Positions 35,362 through 36,111 of a stretch of DNA of 36,111 nucleotides are shown one piece after another. The notes beneath the pieces were generated by a model. The model was not told the DNA's origin, did not search any database, and saw only the letters and a program-made list of their open reading frames with translations. Position 1 is the first letter of the stretch. Each line of letters starts with the position of its first letter. The DNA lies in contig JAADFX010000010.1 in the NCBI GenBank assembly GCA_013152685.1, forward strand, positions 1-36,111, read 5' to 3'. Position numbers and translations under genes: made by a program. Source of the DNA: Methanobacteriota archaeon. GTDB taxonomy: Archaea; Hydrothermarchaeota; Hydrothermarchaeia; Hydrothermarchaeales; BMS3B.

Positions 35362-36111
35362 CTACGCACCGTAGCGATAGGCGACGTTGCAGGTGCCCTC
35401 GCTGGAGACCATGCACGGCCCATAGGGCTTCGTGGGGGTGCAAGCTTTGCCGAACATCCTGCACTCCCTGGGCGAGAGCTTGCCTATAATCACCAGGTGG
35501 CAGCTGCACCCCGGGCGTATGTCTGTGCTTCGCCTCTGCTCTATGCCGTACCTCTCCCTGGCGTCATGGCGGGAGTACTCCTCCCTCAGCTTTAGGCCGG
35601 AGAAGGGCACCCTGCCTATTCCGCGCCAGTGCACCGTCGCAACCTCAAAGACCTCCTCCACGAGCCTCTGTGCTATGGTGTTGCCCTCGTAGCTCACCGT
35701 GCGGGTGTACTCGTTCTCCACCCTGGCATCGCCCTCCCTCACCTGCTTTATGAGCATCGCCACGCTCAGGAGGACATCCAGGGGCTCAAAGCCGGAGACC
35801 ACCACAGGCATGCTGTAAGCCCTTGCGAGCACCTCATAGGCGCGCGCGCCAATTATCGCCGACACGTGTCCGGGGGCGATGTAGCCCTCGAAGTGCAGGT
35901 CGCCCATCCCCAGCATGAGCTCCATCACCGGCACCGTAAGCCGGAGGGCGTTCAGGATGCTCAGGTTCTCCGGCAGCCCGCGCCTCACCTCTGCGGCGAC
36001 GCTGGGAGCTGTTGTATCCAGCCCGATGGAAAAGAACACGAACTCCCTCTCCGGCTCCCTCTGCGCGAGCTTCACCGCCTCGCGGATGCTGTAAACCACG
36101 CGCACATCCCC
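35362..36111 (-). CDS. hypD: Hydrogenase maturation protein HypD, 5' end outside the window
   Basis: DVRVVYS, PGHVS, SGFEPLD, VENEY, C-terminal CSC...EC..FGKACTP..PYGPCMVSSEGTC. Confidence 0.95.
   Translation of the reverse strand, partial: GDVRVVYSIREAVKLAQREPEREFVFFSIGLDTTAPSVAAEVRRGLPENLSILNALRLTVPVMELMLGMGDLHFEGYIAPGHVSAIIGARAYEVLARAYSMPVVVSGFEPLDVLLSVAMLIKQVREGDARVENEYTRTVSYEGNTIAQRLVEEVFEVATVHWRGIGRVPFSGLKLREEYSRHDARERYGIEQRRSTDIRPGCSCHLVIIGKLSPRECRMFGKACTPTKPYGPCMVSSEGTCNVAYRYGA

Overview
GC-rich archaeal chromosomal segment. The archaeal assignment rests on the PoK/PPS CoA pathway, Alba, PolB3, ABCE1, Tsr3, Fae-Hps, GGTGA-type ribosome-binding sites and TATA promoters. The gene mix suggests an anaerobic, H4MPT-using euryarchaeote, possibly Hydrothermarchaeota-like (inference only). 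Gene order: copA 5' end; CoA-biosynthesis operon with an embedded DUF502; GTPBP-tsr3; PAS/GAF histidine kinase and receiver; methyltransferase; AT-rich orphan; DUF59 and cysS; acylphosphatase with heptad repeats; an unlisted 41-aa Cys/His peptide; fae-hps; AT-rich PD-(D/E)XK gene; ABCE1; divergent M20/GNAT pair; complex I-like operon A-B-CD-H-I-J-K-L-M-N with no electron-input module; polB; alba; a wHTH/3TM/PCYCGC/thioredoxin cluster; a degenerate KaiC-like gene with a receiver; hypB, hypA and partial hypD. The best candidates for something undescribed are (1) a TATA-driven stem-loop RNA at about 33188-33259 whose loop carries an anti-Shine-Dalgarno plus anti-AUG sequence, (2) the adjacent extracytoplasmic thiol/metal module, and (3) the 41-aa peptide behind twin palindromes. 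I saw no tRNA, rRNA, CRISPR array or transposase. All calls come from reading motifs by eye; no searches were run.
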